A stretch of 64,000 nucleotides of DNA from NCBI GenBank assembly GCA_963727445.1, contig CAVSGI010000013.1, positions 273,316 through 337,315 of the forward strand, read 5' to 3'. The stretch is from an uncultured delta proteobacterium (GTDB lineage Bacteria; Myxococcota_A; Polyangia; Polyangiales; B10-G4). Position numbers and translations under genes: made by a program. The stretch's first letter is position 1. Each line of letters begins with the position of its first letter. Under the pieces are notes generated by a model. It was not told the DNA's origin, made no database searches, and was given only the letters and a program-made list of their open reading frames with translations. This document shows positions 11,617 to 21,582 of this stretch, piece after piece.

Positions 11617-12930
11617 GTGACACGTTGCGCATCCCTTCTCCTGTCTCTCTTCCTCCTGGTCGTCATGGGCTGTGGTGACGACCGTCGCCCGCTCGCCGAC
11701 AGCGGAGCCGATGCGAGCCTGGATGCTTCCGACTCGGGCTCGTCCGACGGCAGCACCGACGCCAGCGCCGACGTCGACTCCAGCGTCCCACCCACGTGCC
11801 CCACCGACGTCGTCACCGGCGTCCCCTTCGCGATCGATCCCGATGGAGACGACGGACAGATCCACGCCTCGGTCGCATGGGACGGAGAGCGCGCGGTCAT
11901 CGCCTACAACCGCCCGGACCCCACGGACGGCTTCGACGTCTATGTAACGACGCTCTCCTGTGACGGAACCCCGGGCACGCCCGTGCGGATCAACACCACC
12001 GATGAGAACGACGTCGACCCCGCGCTCGCCCGCGGGACGGACGGCTACTTCGTCGCCTGGACCTCCGACGACGGAACGGGTGGAACGGACAACCTCCACA
12101 TCTTCGGCCGCGGCCTCGACGCCGAGCTGGCGCCTCTCGGCGACACCGACGTCGAGATCCGCACCGCGCGGATGGGCGCCGCCGTGCCCGGGAACCACCT
12201 CATCACGACCCTCGTCCCCGATGGCGACGGCTACGCGATCGGCGGCGAGCGCGGCCTCGACTCCATCATGCGCTTCCACGCCTTCGCGCAGCGCATCGAC
12301 GCGATGGGCGCGCTCACGGAAGAGGCCTTCGAGCCCGCCTACGAGCCGATGGTCTCGCACATGAACGTGGCCGTCGCGTCCACCGCGAGCGGCCTGGTCG
12401 TCGCCTACGACCGCGCGCCCGACATGGAGGACCCGCAGGTCTACTTCCAGCGCGAAGGCGCGACCGATCCGCCGGAGCTCGTGGTCGACGGTCTGGCTTC
12501 GACCAGCGGTGCCTGGCTTCTCTCCACGAGTGATGCGCTCTTCGCGGCGCTCAGCGGCGACGTGATCCCCGGCGCGACCGACGTGCGATTGACCGAGCTG
12601 AGCACGGCGCTCGCGGAGAGGCCGGTGGAGACGCTGGGGGCCGCGAGCCGACTCGACGTGGCGCCGCACGTGGTCTGGGGCGAGGGTGACAGCGGCGCCA
12701 TCGCCTATCAGCGACTGAGCGGTGGCTCCTTCGGACCGCTCCTCGTCCAGCGCTTCACCTGGGACGGCTCGGCCTTCACCATCGGTCCGGAGGTCGAGGT
12801 CGCCGGCAGCGCCGCGGCCTATGGTCCCGCGATCGCCCACGTGACCGGCGACATCTACTTTCTCGCCTGGGCCGAGGGGATGAGCCCGGCCCTGCGGCTC
12901 TTCGGCAGTTTCGTCGATCTGAGCCCCTGA
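11617..12930 (+). CDS. Lipoprotein, hypothetical (Asp/Ser-rich N-terminal linker, then an all-beta-like domain).
   Basis: MTRCASLLLSLFLLVVMGC|GDD lipobox at the ORF start. Uninterrupted 437 aa. Confidence 0.55.
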   Translation: MTRCASLLLSLFLLVVMGCGDDRRPLADSGADASLDASDSGSSDGSTDASADVDSSVPPTCPTDVVTGVPFAIDPDGDDGQIHASVAWDGERAVIAYNRPDPTDGFDVYVTTLSCDGTPGTPVRINTTDENDVDPALARGTDGYFVAWTSDDGTGGTDNLHIFGRGLDAELAPLGDTDVEIRTARMGAAVPGNHLITTLVPDGDGYAIGGERGLDSIMRFHAFAQRIDAMGALTEEAFEPAYEPMVSHMNVAVASTASGLVVAYDRAPDMEDPQVYFQREGATDPPELVVDGLASTSGAWLLSTSDALFAALSGDVIPGATDVRLTELSTALAERPVETLGAASRLDVAPHVVWGEGDSGAIAYQRLSGGSFGPLLVQRFTWDGSAFTIGPEVEVAGSAAAYGPAIAHVTGDIYFLAWAEGMSPALRLFGSFVDLSP

Positions 12931-12988
12931 CGAGATTTCCGGTCACGAAACGGCCCCTCGTCCCCACCCAGGACGAGGAGGAAGGTCG

Positions 12989-13885
12989 ATGTCCGTCCGC
13001 ACCGCTGCTTTTTCGTGTCTTTTCGTGCTCGCCTTCGCGCCCTTCGGCGCGGCCGCCCAGCCAGCGCAGGTCGAAGCCCGCGCCGCCAGCGTCGGCGGGC
13101 GGACGGCGAGGGTCGTGACGCGCTGGAACGCCGACGGCTCGGGCTCGGGCCAACTGCTCGTCGGTGAGCACGCCACGCGCCTCTATCAGGGAGGCGGCGG
13201 CGCGGCGACCGTCACCGCCGGGCACGGCCTGCTCCTCGTCGCTTACGAGATCGACGCCGAGCGGCAGCCGTTTCGGGTTCGGGTCCTGACGCGCGAGGGC
13301 GAGAGGCTTCACGTCGGCGAAGAGCGCACCCTCGACCGACCTGGCGGTCGGCGCGACTACCCGTTCGCCGTGGCCGCCACCGCGACCCCCGACGGCTTCA
13401 GCGTCTTCTACCAGGAGGTGCAAGGGGACGACCCGAGCGCGGCGCACACCTATCTGGCGCGCTTCGACCGAGAGGGCGCGCGCGTCGGCCGGCCCACCGA
13501 GGTGCCCATCCCCTGGTCACTCGCCGACGCGATCTGGAACGGCGCGGGCTACCACCTCGCGCTGATCTATCCCGGCGCGATGAACGGCATGCGCCTCAGC
13601 ATGGTCTCCACCACCGCCGAAGGGCAGCCGCAGCAGCACCCCGACTGGGCGAGCGCCGCCGGCATGGTCACCGACGTCCATCTCGTGAAGGCCGGCGAGC
13701 GCATCCTCGCCTTCTATCGGGGAGGCGGCGGCGGCGGCATCTTCGAGAGCGACGTCACCCGCATCGGCAACTGGGGTCAGGAGCCGCCTCAGGCGCGAAG
13801 GCACGGCGCGATCGGCGAGGGCGAGGTGATCCTCGTCGCGAACGGTGACGGTCGCCCTCGGCCGCAGACCGTCCGCATTCGCTGA
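12989..13885 (+). CDS. Secreted hypothetical protein.
   Basis: GGAGGAAGG Shine-Dalgarno then ATG at 12989. Signal peptide MSVRTAAFSCLFVLAFAPFGAAAQPAQV. Confidence 0.5.
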   Translation: MSVRTAAFSCLFVLAFAPFGAAAQPAQVEARAASVGGRTARVVTRWNADGSGSGQLLVGEHATRLYQGGGGAATVTAGHGLLLVAYEIDAERQPFRVRVLTREGERLHVGEERTLDRPGGRRDYPFAVAATATPDGFSVFYQEVQGDDPSAAHTYLARFDREGARVGRPTEVPIPWSLADAIWNGAGYHLALIYPGAMNGMRLSMVSTTAEGQPQQHPDWASAAGMVTDVHLVKAGERILAFYRGGGGGGIFESDVTRIGNWGQEPPQARRHGAIGEGEVILVANGDGRPRPQTVRIR

Positions 13886-13944
13886 CGCGGCATACTACAC
13901 GACTCGACGGGCGCGCGAAGATCACGCCATCATGTCACCTACGA

Positions 13945-15354
13945 GTGGTGCCTTCGCCTGCGATCCGATTCTGTCAGAACCCGCTGGGTCAGCGCATCGC
14001 CTACGCCACCCACGGACGAGGTCCCCATCTCGTCTGCGCCGCGTGGTGGGTGAGTCACTTGCAGGACTGGGACAATCCGCGGTTCCGTACGTTCTTCGAG
14101 GCGCTCGGTCAGCGCTTCTCGGTAACCCGGTACGATCGGACCGGCGTCGGTCTCAGCGATCGGGAGCGCGCCAGCTTCACTCTCGAAGAAGAGGTGTCGG
14201 AGCTCTCGGCGGTCATCGACGCCGTGGAGTCCGGTCCCGTCTGCATCCTCGCCATGAGTTGCGGGAGCCCCACTGCCATTGGATACGCCGCGGCTCATCC
14301 GGCGCGTGTGCGCGCGATGGTGTTCTTCGGCGGCTACGTCGAAGGGCGAGACCTCGGCGCGGACGCGATGCGAGACGCGATGCAGGGGCTCGTGCGGGCG
14401 AGCTGGGGTCTCGGCTCTCGAACCATCGCCGACCTGATGGCCCCGGAGCTCGACAAGGACCAGCTCGACGAGCTGTCGCGCAACCACCAACGAGCTGCGT
14501 CCCCGGAGACCGCGGCCCGCTTGCTCGGGTTGTCGTACTCCATGTCCTCGCGATCGATAGTCTCCAAAGTGTCCGCTCCAGCCCTCGTCCTGCACCGAGA
14601 GAAGGACCGCACCGTTCCTTTCCAACGAGGTGTAAATCTCGCCGCGGCGCTGGACGATGCGAAGCTACTGTCGCTTCCCGGCTCGGCCCACGTGATGTGG
14701 GAAGGAGAGCAGCGAGGGGCTCTGAGCGCCATGGTCGAGTTTCTGGGCAGCACGCTCGGGCGTGAGGCCTGGGCCACTGGCGAAGAGCTGGCGGACGCAG
14801 CGCTCGCGAGCGGTCCGAGCATGCGCCGGCGCGGCGATCTCTGGGAGATCCGATACGCCGATCGCTTGGTACACGTCGCGCAGTCGAAGGGGTTGGAGGA
14901 TCTCGCCGTTCTGCTGGCCAACCCGAACAGCGACGTGCGCGCTCTCGACCTGATGATGCAGTTCGCTGTCGACGAGGTCGACGACCCGGGAAGCGATCCC
15001 GTCCTCGACGAACGCGCGCGGGCGGAATTCGCGGAGCGGGTCGCGTTGCTCGAAACCGAGCTGGACAAGGCGCAAACCGACAGAGACCTGGGTCGCGTGG
15101 CCATCTTGCGCCGGGAGCGGGAGTTCATTCTCGCCGAGCTCGAGCGCAACGTGGCCAACCTCGAGCGCGCGCGCAAATTCACCGGTCCCGCCGAGCGAGC
15201 ACGCAAGGCGGTGACCGCTAGGGTGCGCGCCGCCGCCGACAAGATCCGTGAAGTGCATGCGCCCCTGGCCGCGCACCTCGACGCGAGCCTACGAACCGGG
15301 CTGATGTGCTCCTACCGCCCTGATCCTCCCGAGATCTGGAGCGTTTCGAGCTGA
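13945..15354 (+). CDS. Alpha/beta-hydrolase fold protein (~280 aa) fused to a ~190-aa C-terminal Arg/Glu-rich helical domain.
   Basis: 'GQRIAYATHGRGPHLVCAAWW', nucleophile elbow 'AMSCGS', 'HVMW' His. C-terminus 'LETELDKAQTDRDLGRVAILRREREFILAELERNVANLERARK' has coiled-coil character. GTG start. Confidence 0.6.
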   Translation: MVPSPAIRFCQNPLGQRIAYATHGRGPHLVCAAWWVSHLQDWDNPRFRTFFEALGQRFSVTRYDRTGVGLSDRERASFTLEEEVSELSAVIDAVESGPVCILAMSCGSPTAIGYAAAHPARVRAMVFFGGYVEGRDLGADAMRDAMQGLVRASWGLGSRTIADLMAPELDKDQLDELSRNHQRAASPETAARLLGLSYSMSSRSIVSKVSAPALVLHREKDRTVPFQRGVNLAAALDDAKLLSLPGSAHVMWEGEQRGALSAMVEFLGSTLGREAWATGEELADAALASGPSMRRRGDLWEIRYADRLVHVAQSKGLEDLAVLLANPNSDVRALDLMMQFAVDEVDDPGSDPVLDERARAEFAERVALLETELDKAQTDRDLGRVAILRREREFILAELERNVANLERARKFTGPAERARKAVTARVRAAADKIREVHAPLAAHLDASLRTGLMCSYRPDPPEIWSVSS

Positions 15355-15448
15355 GAGAGACGCCGCCAGATCCGACATGGCGGAGCGCCAGGTGGGATCT
15401 GGCGCCTTCCTCGTGAGTGCCGTGCAGGCGCAAGCCGAGGAGGACAGC

Positions 15449-16060
15449 ATGAACGTAAACGCACAGGACATCGCGAACGCCCCGCGGATCGAGGGCGCGA
15501 CGGAAGAGGTCCGCAAGGGGACCGCCAAGCGCCAGAACGAGCTCATGGCTCGCTACCAGAGCGATCCCGACGCGGCGTGGGTCGTCGACACCGCCCAGAC
15601 GCATTCGACCGGGGATTCGGCGCGCGAGGTTCGGTACGGGCAAGTCGCGATCGGCTACGGCGCCGCCGCGCTCGACTTCGGCGCTCACGCGGGTGTCGGA
15701 GGGCCGGGGGATGCACCCGTCTCCGGGGACATTCTCGCGGCGGCGCTCGCGAGCTGCGTGGACACGACCCTCCGGCTCATCTCCAATCGCCTCCGTGTGG
15801 AGCTCACGGAGCTCTCGGTTCGGGTCGAGGCGCACTGTGATCTACGCGGGACCATGTGCGTTGACAGCGCCGTGCCGGTCGGATTTCAGCGGATGGAGGT
15901 CGACCTACGGCTCCGGGCCGCACCTGGAACGGACCCCGCGAAGATCGAGATGCTTCTGGCGGCGACCGAGCACTGTTGCGTCGTGCTTCGGACCCTACGG
16001 GACGGCGTCGCCGTCGAAGTCGAAGCGAATACGACCGACGCCTCCGATGAGCCCTCCTGA
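15449..16060 (+). CDS. OsmC/Ohr family peroxiredoxin-like protein.
   Basis: 'GDILAAALASCVDTTLRL' and 'EHCCVV' OsmC signature cysteines. GAGGAGGA Shine-Dalgarno before the ATG at 15449. Confidence 0.7.
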   Translation: MNVNAQDIANAPRIEGATEEVRKGTAKRQNELMARYQSDPDAAWVVDTAQTHSTGDSAREVRYGQVAIGYGAAALDFGAHAGVGGPGDAPVSGDILAAALASCVDTTLRLISNRLRVELTELSVRVEAHCDLRGTMCVDSAVPVGFQRMEVDLRLRAAPGTDPAKIEMLLAATEHCCVVLRTLRDGVAVEVEANTTDASDEPS

Positions 16061-16311
16061 GGAGGGAGAAGATCACCAAAAAGGAGGGGTCACCCCTGGC
16101 CCGCCGATGGAAGGGACCTACCTGTGAATCGGCGCGGCGTTCCGTCGTCCGATGAACGATCCCGACCGAGGGGGACACACAGGGAAAGAAGGGGAAGGTG
16201 CTGGAGCCCGGAGGCGGGAAGCCGGGGAGGGAACGTGGGCTATGCGCAACCCAAGCGGCCTCCTCGTCTTCCCGCCTGCGCGCTCGAGCTCGATCCGAAC
16301 GCTCGTCGGAG

Positions 16312-17115
16312 CTAGAGCGACGTCGGCAGGATGTCGTAGCCGCATTGCGCGGGGCAGGCGTCGGGGGTGGACGCGCAATCGGGAAGCGTCCGTTCCTCGC
16401 GCGCGGGCACGGGCTCGGGCGGGTCGTCGAAGCCGCCCCCTTCCTCTTCTTCGTACTCCGAGGGCCCGACCGCGACATGGTCGGCATCGACCCACACGAC
16501 CGGCAGCCGCCAGCTCGAGCCCGAGGGCGGATCGCCCTCCGCGACCTCCGTGCTGAGCGCTACGGCCGCGAAGCGAAGTCGCGGCGCGCCATGTGCGAAG
16601 CTCACGAGCCAGAAGGTCTGGTTCTCGCTCGCGCCCTCCGAGTCCTCGGAGTTGGTTTCCGCGGCGAGAGCGACGCCGCCGGCTTCGGCGTGCGCCTGCA
16701 TGAACAAACCGCCGTCGTGAGCACCTGGCGACACGTACGCGTCCCGTGACTCGAGAACGTACCACCGGCTCCCCGCCTCGAGCGCGAGGAGCGACCACCA
16801 CGACGACTCCTCACCCGGGAGCGTCAGCTGAACGACGCGGGTGATTCCGCCGGCGTCGCCGGTGAAGAGCGCGTTCTCCTGACAGGATGAGACGTCGGCG
16901 TCCTGGCCGCCTTCCCGCAAGTCCGCGACCCACGCTGCGCACACCTCGTCGAGATCGGCGTACGCAGCACAAGGGCCGGGAGGATCGCCGGTCGATTCGG
17001 GCGTCGCGCTTCGTTCGTTCGCCGCGGCAGGCGGCGCCTCGACGACGGGACGCGAGGGACCGCCGCATCCCCAGATCGACGACAGAACGACGAAGGCGAG
17101 TCCCCGATGGTCCAT
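16312..17115 (-). CDS. Lipoprotein, hypothetical.
   Basis: ATG at 17115, MDHRGLAFVVLSSIWGC|GG. Only this 3' third of the 671-aa six-frame ORF 16312..18327 has protein-like composition; the rest is an off-frame of clpB. Confidence 0.5.
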   Translation of the reverse strand: MDHRGLAFVVLSSIWGCGGPSRPVVEAPPAAANERSATPESTGDPPGPCAAYADLDEVCAAWVADLREGGQDADVSSCQENALFTGDAGGITRVVQLTLPGEESSWWSLLALEAGSRWYVLESRDAYVSPGAHDGGLFMQAHAEAGGVALAAETNSEDSEGASENQTFWLVSFAHGAPRLRFAAVALSTEVAEGDPPSGSSWRLPVVWVDADHVAVGPSEYEEEEGGGFDDPPEPVPAREERTLPDCASTPDACPAQCGYDILPTSL

Positions 17116-17135
17116 GGCGACAGACGCTGGGCCCC

Positions 17136-19732
17136 TCAGGCCTTGTCGAAGGTGAACTCTTTTCCGTCGTAGTCGATCTCGACGACGTCGCCGGCGCCGT
17201 AGCCGCCCTTGAGCATCGCTTCGGCCAGCGGGTCCTGCAGGTTCTTGAGGATCACTCGCTTGAGCGGGCGCGCGCCGAAGGCGGGCTCGTAGCCGAGCTC
17301 GACCAGCTGGGTCTTGGCGGCGTCGCTCACGTCGATCTTCACCCGCCGATGCGAGAGCAGGCGTCCGAGGGCGCGCAGCTGGATCTCGACGATCCCGCGG
17401 AGGTGTTCCTTCGAGAGCTGGTTGAAGATCACCGTGTCGTCGATGCGGTTCAAGAACTCCGGGCGGAACGAGCTCTTGAGCGCGCCCTCGACCTTCTCCT
17501 CGAGCTCCTCGGCCGTGCCCTGGTGATCGAGGATGTCGTGACCGCCGACGTTGCTCGTCATGATGATCACCGTATCGGCGAAGTGCGCCAGGCGCCCCCG
17601 CGAGTCCGTGAGGCGACCGTCGTCCAGGACCTGAAGCAGGATGTTGAAGACGTCCGGATGGGCCTTCTCCATCTCGTCGAAGAGGACGACCGAGTAGGGC
17701 CTGCGCCGAACCGCTTCCGTGAGGTAGCCGCCCTGATCGCTGTCGACGTAGCCCGGTGGTGAGCCGAGGAGGCGCGCCACCATGTGCTTCTCCATGAACT
17801 CGCTCATGTCGAGGCGGGTCAGGGAGGCCTCGTCGTCGAAGAGGAACTCGGCGAGCGCCTTGGCGAGCTCGGTCTTGCCGACGCCGGTGGGGCCGAGGAA
17901 GAGGAAGGAGCCGATGGGCCGGCGGGGATCGCGAAGGCCCACCCGACCGCGGCGCACCGCCTTGGAGACGGCGACCACCGCCCTGTCCTGGCCGATGACC
18001 CGCTCGCGCAGGCGATCCTCCATCTCGAGGAGCTTCGCGGTCTCCTCCTGGAGCATCTTCGCGACCGGCACCCCGGTCCAGACCGCGACCACGTCCGCGA
18101 GGTCTTCGGGCTGCACGGTGTCGTGCACCATCGAGCCGCTCGAGGACTCGAGCTTGGCCTCGGCCTCGGCGAGCTGCTTCTCGAGGAGCGGCAACGTGCC
18201 GAAGCGGAGCTCGCCCGCGCGATCGTGATCGTCGGCGGCGCGGGCGCCCTCGTGCTCGCGGCGGGCTGCGGCGAGCTCCTCCTTGAGGCGGCGCACTTCG
18301 CTCAAGGTCTCGAGCTCCTTCTCCCATTCGGCGCGCATCGCCTTGGCGCGCGGCTCGAGGTCCGCCGCCTCCTTGGCGAGCTGCTCGCTGGTGTGAAGCG
18401 ACTCGTCGTCCTGGTCGTCCTCGAGGCTCTTGCGCTGGATGGCGATGTCCTCGAGGCGCCGCTCGAGGCGGTCGAGCTCGGCCGGCACGCTGTCGGTCTC
18501 GACGCGCACCCGCGCCGCCGCTTCGTCGATGAGATCGATGGCGCTCTTCGGGAGCTGCACGCCCTGAACGTAGCGCCGGGCGAAGCGCACCGCGCTCACC
18601 AGCGCCGGGTCGGAGATGCGCACCCCGTGAGCGATCTCGAAGCTGTTCACCACGCCGCGAAGGACGGCGATCGCCTCTTCGATGGTGGGCGGCTCGATGT
18701 CGATGGCGACGAAACGGCGCGCGATCTCCGCGTCCTCGTCGGACAACTTGCGGACCTCATCGGGTGTCGCTTTCGCGATCACCCGGAGCTCCCCGCGCTC
18801 GAGGGCCGCCGCCAGCATGCCACCCGCGCCCCCCGAGGCCTTGTCGCCGCTGAGCGCCGAGAGGTTCGGCAGATAGAGGATGACCTCGCCTCCCGAGTCT
18901 CGGATCGCGTCGAGGATGCTGCGCATGCGCTCCTCGAGCTGGCCGCGGAGCTTCGCGCCGGCGACAAGCGACGCCATCTCGAGAGCGACGATGCGCTTGT
19001 CCTCGAGGAACTTGGGCACGTCGCCTGCGGCGATGCGCTGCGCGAGGGCCTGCACGATGGTGCCGCGACCGATGCCCGCCTCGCCGACGAGGAGCGGGTT
19101 GTTCTCGCGGCGGCGCGCGAGGATCTGAAGGATGCGACGCAGCTCGGCGTCGCGGCCGACGGTGGGATCGAACTTGCCGGCGGCCGCCATGCGGGTGAGG
19201 TCGCGCCCGAACTGCTCGAGGGGATCGCCGCCGTCGCTCGCCGCCGCGGACTTGGTCGGCCGCTTCTGCGCCGGTGCCTCTTCTTTGGTCACGTCCGCGC
19301 CGCCGATGGTGGCGCGGAGCAGCGGAGCGCTCAGCCCGCACGCGGAGAGCACGGTCTTCACCGGACCGTCGGTCTCCTGCGAGCACGCGAGGAGCAGTGA
19401 ATCCACCGAGACCGGATGACCGCCGTTGCGCGCGGCCTCGCCCTCGGCGCGAGAAGAAGGTCGAGGAGGCGCGGCGACAGATAGGCCACCGCGTCGGGCA
19501 GCCGCGCGAGCCGGCGCACCTGCGCCTCGCACTCCACCAGGACGTCCGCCGGATCGACACCCGCGCGACGGACCGCCTCCTGCGGACCGGTCTCGCGCTC
19601 CATCAGTCGGTACAACACGTGGAGCGGCTCGACCTCGGTGTTCTCCCGGTCGTCAGCGAGGGTCTGCGCGCCGGCGATCACCTGCCGCGCGTCCTTGGCG
19701 TAGGCCTCCAGCCTCAGGGTCAGGGTGCTCAT
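17136..19732 (-). CDS. clpB: ClpB-family AAA+ disaggregase paralog. It has the Clp N-domain, a first ATPase domain (NBD1) with degenerate Walker A, Walker B and pore loop, the M-domain coiled coil, and a canonical second ATPase domain (NBD2). There is an apparent -1 frameshift in the N-domain near 19450-19470.
   Basis: Two ORFs (19358..19732 and 17136..19532) overlap in different frames. NBD2 reads 'LFLGPTGVGKTELAKALA...VVLFDEMEKAHPDVFNILLQVLDDGRLTD'. NBD1 reads 'GEAGIGRGTIVQALAQ' and 'VILYLPNLSALSG'. Confidence 0.8.
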
Positions 19733-19810
19733 AGGGGGCGGAGTGTACGCGATCTCCGGGGGCGGAGGGCGGAGGCCGGAGCGGAGGCTGTGGTGTTGCG
19801 CGAAGCGCGT

Positions 19811-20326
19811 TCAGGTCGGTTCCGAGGCGTAGGCCATCCAGCGGGCGGCGAAGCGGATGGTGGTGGGCTCGCGGCTCTCGGGAAAGCGCCACGTGCTCAC
19901 CTCCTTGATCACGCACTCGGCGAGCGCCGGCGCTTCGGGGCCTTCGAAGACGACCTCGTCGGGGGCGCCATCGGGCGTGAGCACCACGACCACCGATGCG
20001 TCCCAGGTGGCTTTGGGGTCGGGAATGTGGGGGCGGCACGCGTCGATCTCGTGGCGATGACGGCGGATGGCGGCGCGCACCAGCCGGCGATCCGGATGCC
20101 GCGGCAGCGTGTCGTGGACGTAGACGGTGGGAACGGCCTCGGTGGGGGGCGGTGGGGCCGGCTGCTGCTCGGCGGCGGCGCTCAAGATCGCCACCTCGGT
20201 CAGAGCGACCGCCGCCGTCGCGTTCGGGTCTCTCGTCAGCGCAGCGGTGAGCATCGTCGCGCAGCCGGAGTTGCCGACGATCGTGAACATCGACAATGCG
20301 TAGAGGATGAGGTGTTTCGCGGTCAC
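19811..20326 (-). CDS. Lipoprotein with a TonB/AgmX-C-terminal-like domain, hypothetical.
   Basis: GTG at 20326, VTAKHLILYALSMFTIVGNSGC. C-terminus '...VVVVLTPDGAPDEVVFEGPEAPALAECVIKEVSTWRFP'. Confidence 0.4.
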   Translation of the reverse strand: MTAKHLILYALSMFTIVGNSGCATMLTAALTRDPNATAAVALTEVAILSAAAEQQPAPPPPTEAVPTVYVHDTLPRHPDRRLVRAAIRRHRHEIDACRPHIPDPKATWDASVVVVLTPDGAPDEVVFEGPEAPALAECVIKEVSTWRFPESREPTTIRFAARWMAYASEPT

Positions 20327-20460
20327 GCGGCGAGCTACAGCAAGCGTCGCGCCAGGGCAGATCTCGTCGAATTCATCGCCATTCCACGGCCTCTCCGTGA
20401 ACCAGCGGCGTCGACCGTGATGAATCGGCACAGGCCCTCGCCGCGGCGACGACGGAGACG

Positions 20461-21534
20461 TCAGTGGTTCCAGCGGCTGTGCCGGCTGTGCCGCTTCGCC
20501 TCGCGCACCATTCTCAGCATCATCGCGTCGACCCGGGCGCGCATCTCAGCGGCGACCATCGCGTCGAGGGCGCCGGTCTCGACCAGCGTCGTGTTGATGG
20601 CGGCTTCTCCCACGTACTCACCGTGCGCGGCGAAGTGCGCGTCAGCGGCTGCGTTTTCGGCCGCGCGCGCGGCGCGCAGGAAGGGCTCGTGCTCACCACC
20701 GTCGAGGAAGAGCCCACCACAGCAGTTGGCGCGGTCGACTTCGATGGGGCCGGCGATGAAGTCCACGTCGAAGACCTCCATCACCTCCCCACAGCGAGGA
20801 CAGCGAAGCGACGAGACGCCCCGCGAGCGAGCGGCGCCCGGTCCCACGCCGAAGAGCACGGCGGTCGGCACACCTTTGGCGTCGACCTCCGGGGCGTCGA
20901 GGAACATCGAGCCACACTGGGGGCAGACGTCGATCTCCATCCCGTCCTGCCGGTCGGCGCGATAGTTCGCGTGGCAACGGGGACAGCGGCGCTCGCTGGG
21001 CGCGGCGGCGTTCAGGCGATATGGGGTCGAGGGCCGGCCTCGCGGAGGCGGCGACTGCGCGAGACGGCGGAGCGACGCGCCGAAGGCCTCGCCGCCGGGC
21101 GGCGGAGGCGCGGCGAAGGTAGCGCCCGATGCGGTGGTGACGACGCGCTTCGCGGGCGCGGCCTCTTCGGCCGCCATCGCGGCGAGACGCCCGGCGCGCT
21201 GGGCGGCCGCGAGCAGCGGCGTGCTCTCTCCGGGGTCGAGGTAGATGCCACCGCAGCACTCGGCGCGCTCGACGGTCAGGGCGCCGCTGGGCGCGATCAC
21301 GCGGTACGAGGTCATCGCCCCACCGTGAACCGGGCACTTCCGCATGGAGGGCCCGAGCGCCGAGCCGCTCCCCGGGCCTCCGCCGAAGAGAAGACCTACG
21401 TCCGCGTCTGCCTCCGCGGCGTCCTCGGAGCTCAGGAACACTCCGCCGCAGGCAGCGCAGGTGTCGTAGACCACCCCGGAAAGCGGAGCGCGAGTGGTCT
21501 CGGAACCACAGCCAGCGCAAATCCCCACGCCCAA
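20461..21534 (-). CDS. Protein with three zinc-ribbon repeats (TFIIB-type zf, 'C..C...CCGG[IL][FY]LD').
   Basis: Three repeats of CxxC-(n)-CCGGxxLD separated by Ala/Pro-rich linkers. 357 aa. Confidence 0.6.
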   Translation of the reverse strand: MGVGICAGCGSETTRAPLSGVVYDTCAACGGVFLSSEDAAEADADVGLLFGGGPGSGSALGPSMRKCPVHGGAMTSYRVIAPSGALTVERAECCGGIYLDPGESTPLLAAAQRAGRLAAMAAEEAAPAKRVVTTASGATFAAPPPPGGEAFGASLRRLAQSPPPRGRPSTPYRLNAAAPSERRCPRCHANYRADRQDGMEIDVCPQCGSMFLDAPEVDAKGVPTAVLFGVGPGAARSRGVSSLRCPRCGEVMEVFDVDFIAGPIEVDRANCCGGLFLDGGEHEPFLRAARAAENAAADAHFAAHGEYVGEAAINTTLVETGALDAMVAAEMRARVDAMMLRMVREAKRHSRHSRWNH

Positions 21535-21582
21535 GAGCCTGCCAGCATCAGCCTTCGGATGCGAGCCATGTATGCTTGTGAC

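Noticed and set aside
16312-18327. 671-aa minus-strand ORF.
   Set aside because: Its 5' ~400 codons are an alternative frame of the clpB 3' region. The composition there is Arg/Gly/Pro-rich (RRSPPRARGRPRRRRSRSRGR...), typical of off-frame translation in high-GC DNA. Only the 3' 268 codons (lipoprotein 16312..17115) look real.
20464-21582. The N-terminal 370 codons of the 844-aa plus-strand ORF.
   Set aside because: They are antisense to the well-motifed zinc-ribbon gene. The real lipoprotein starts at the ATG at 21583, which has a signal peptide.
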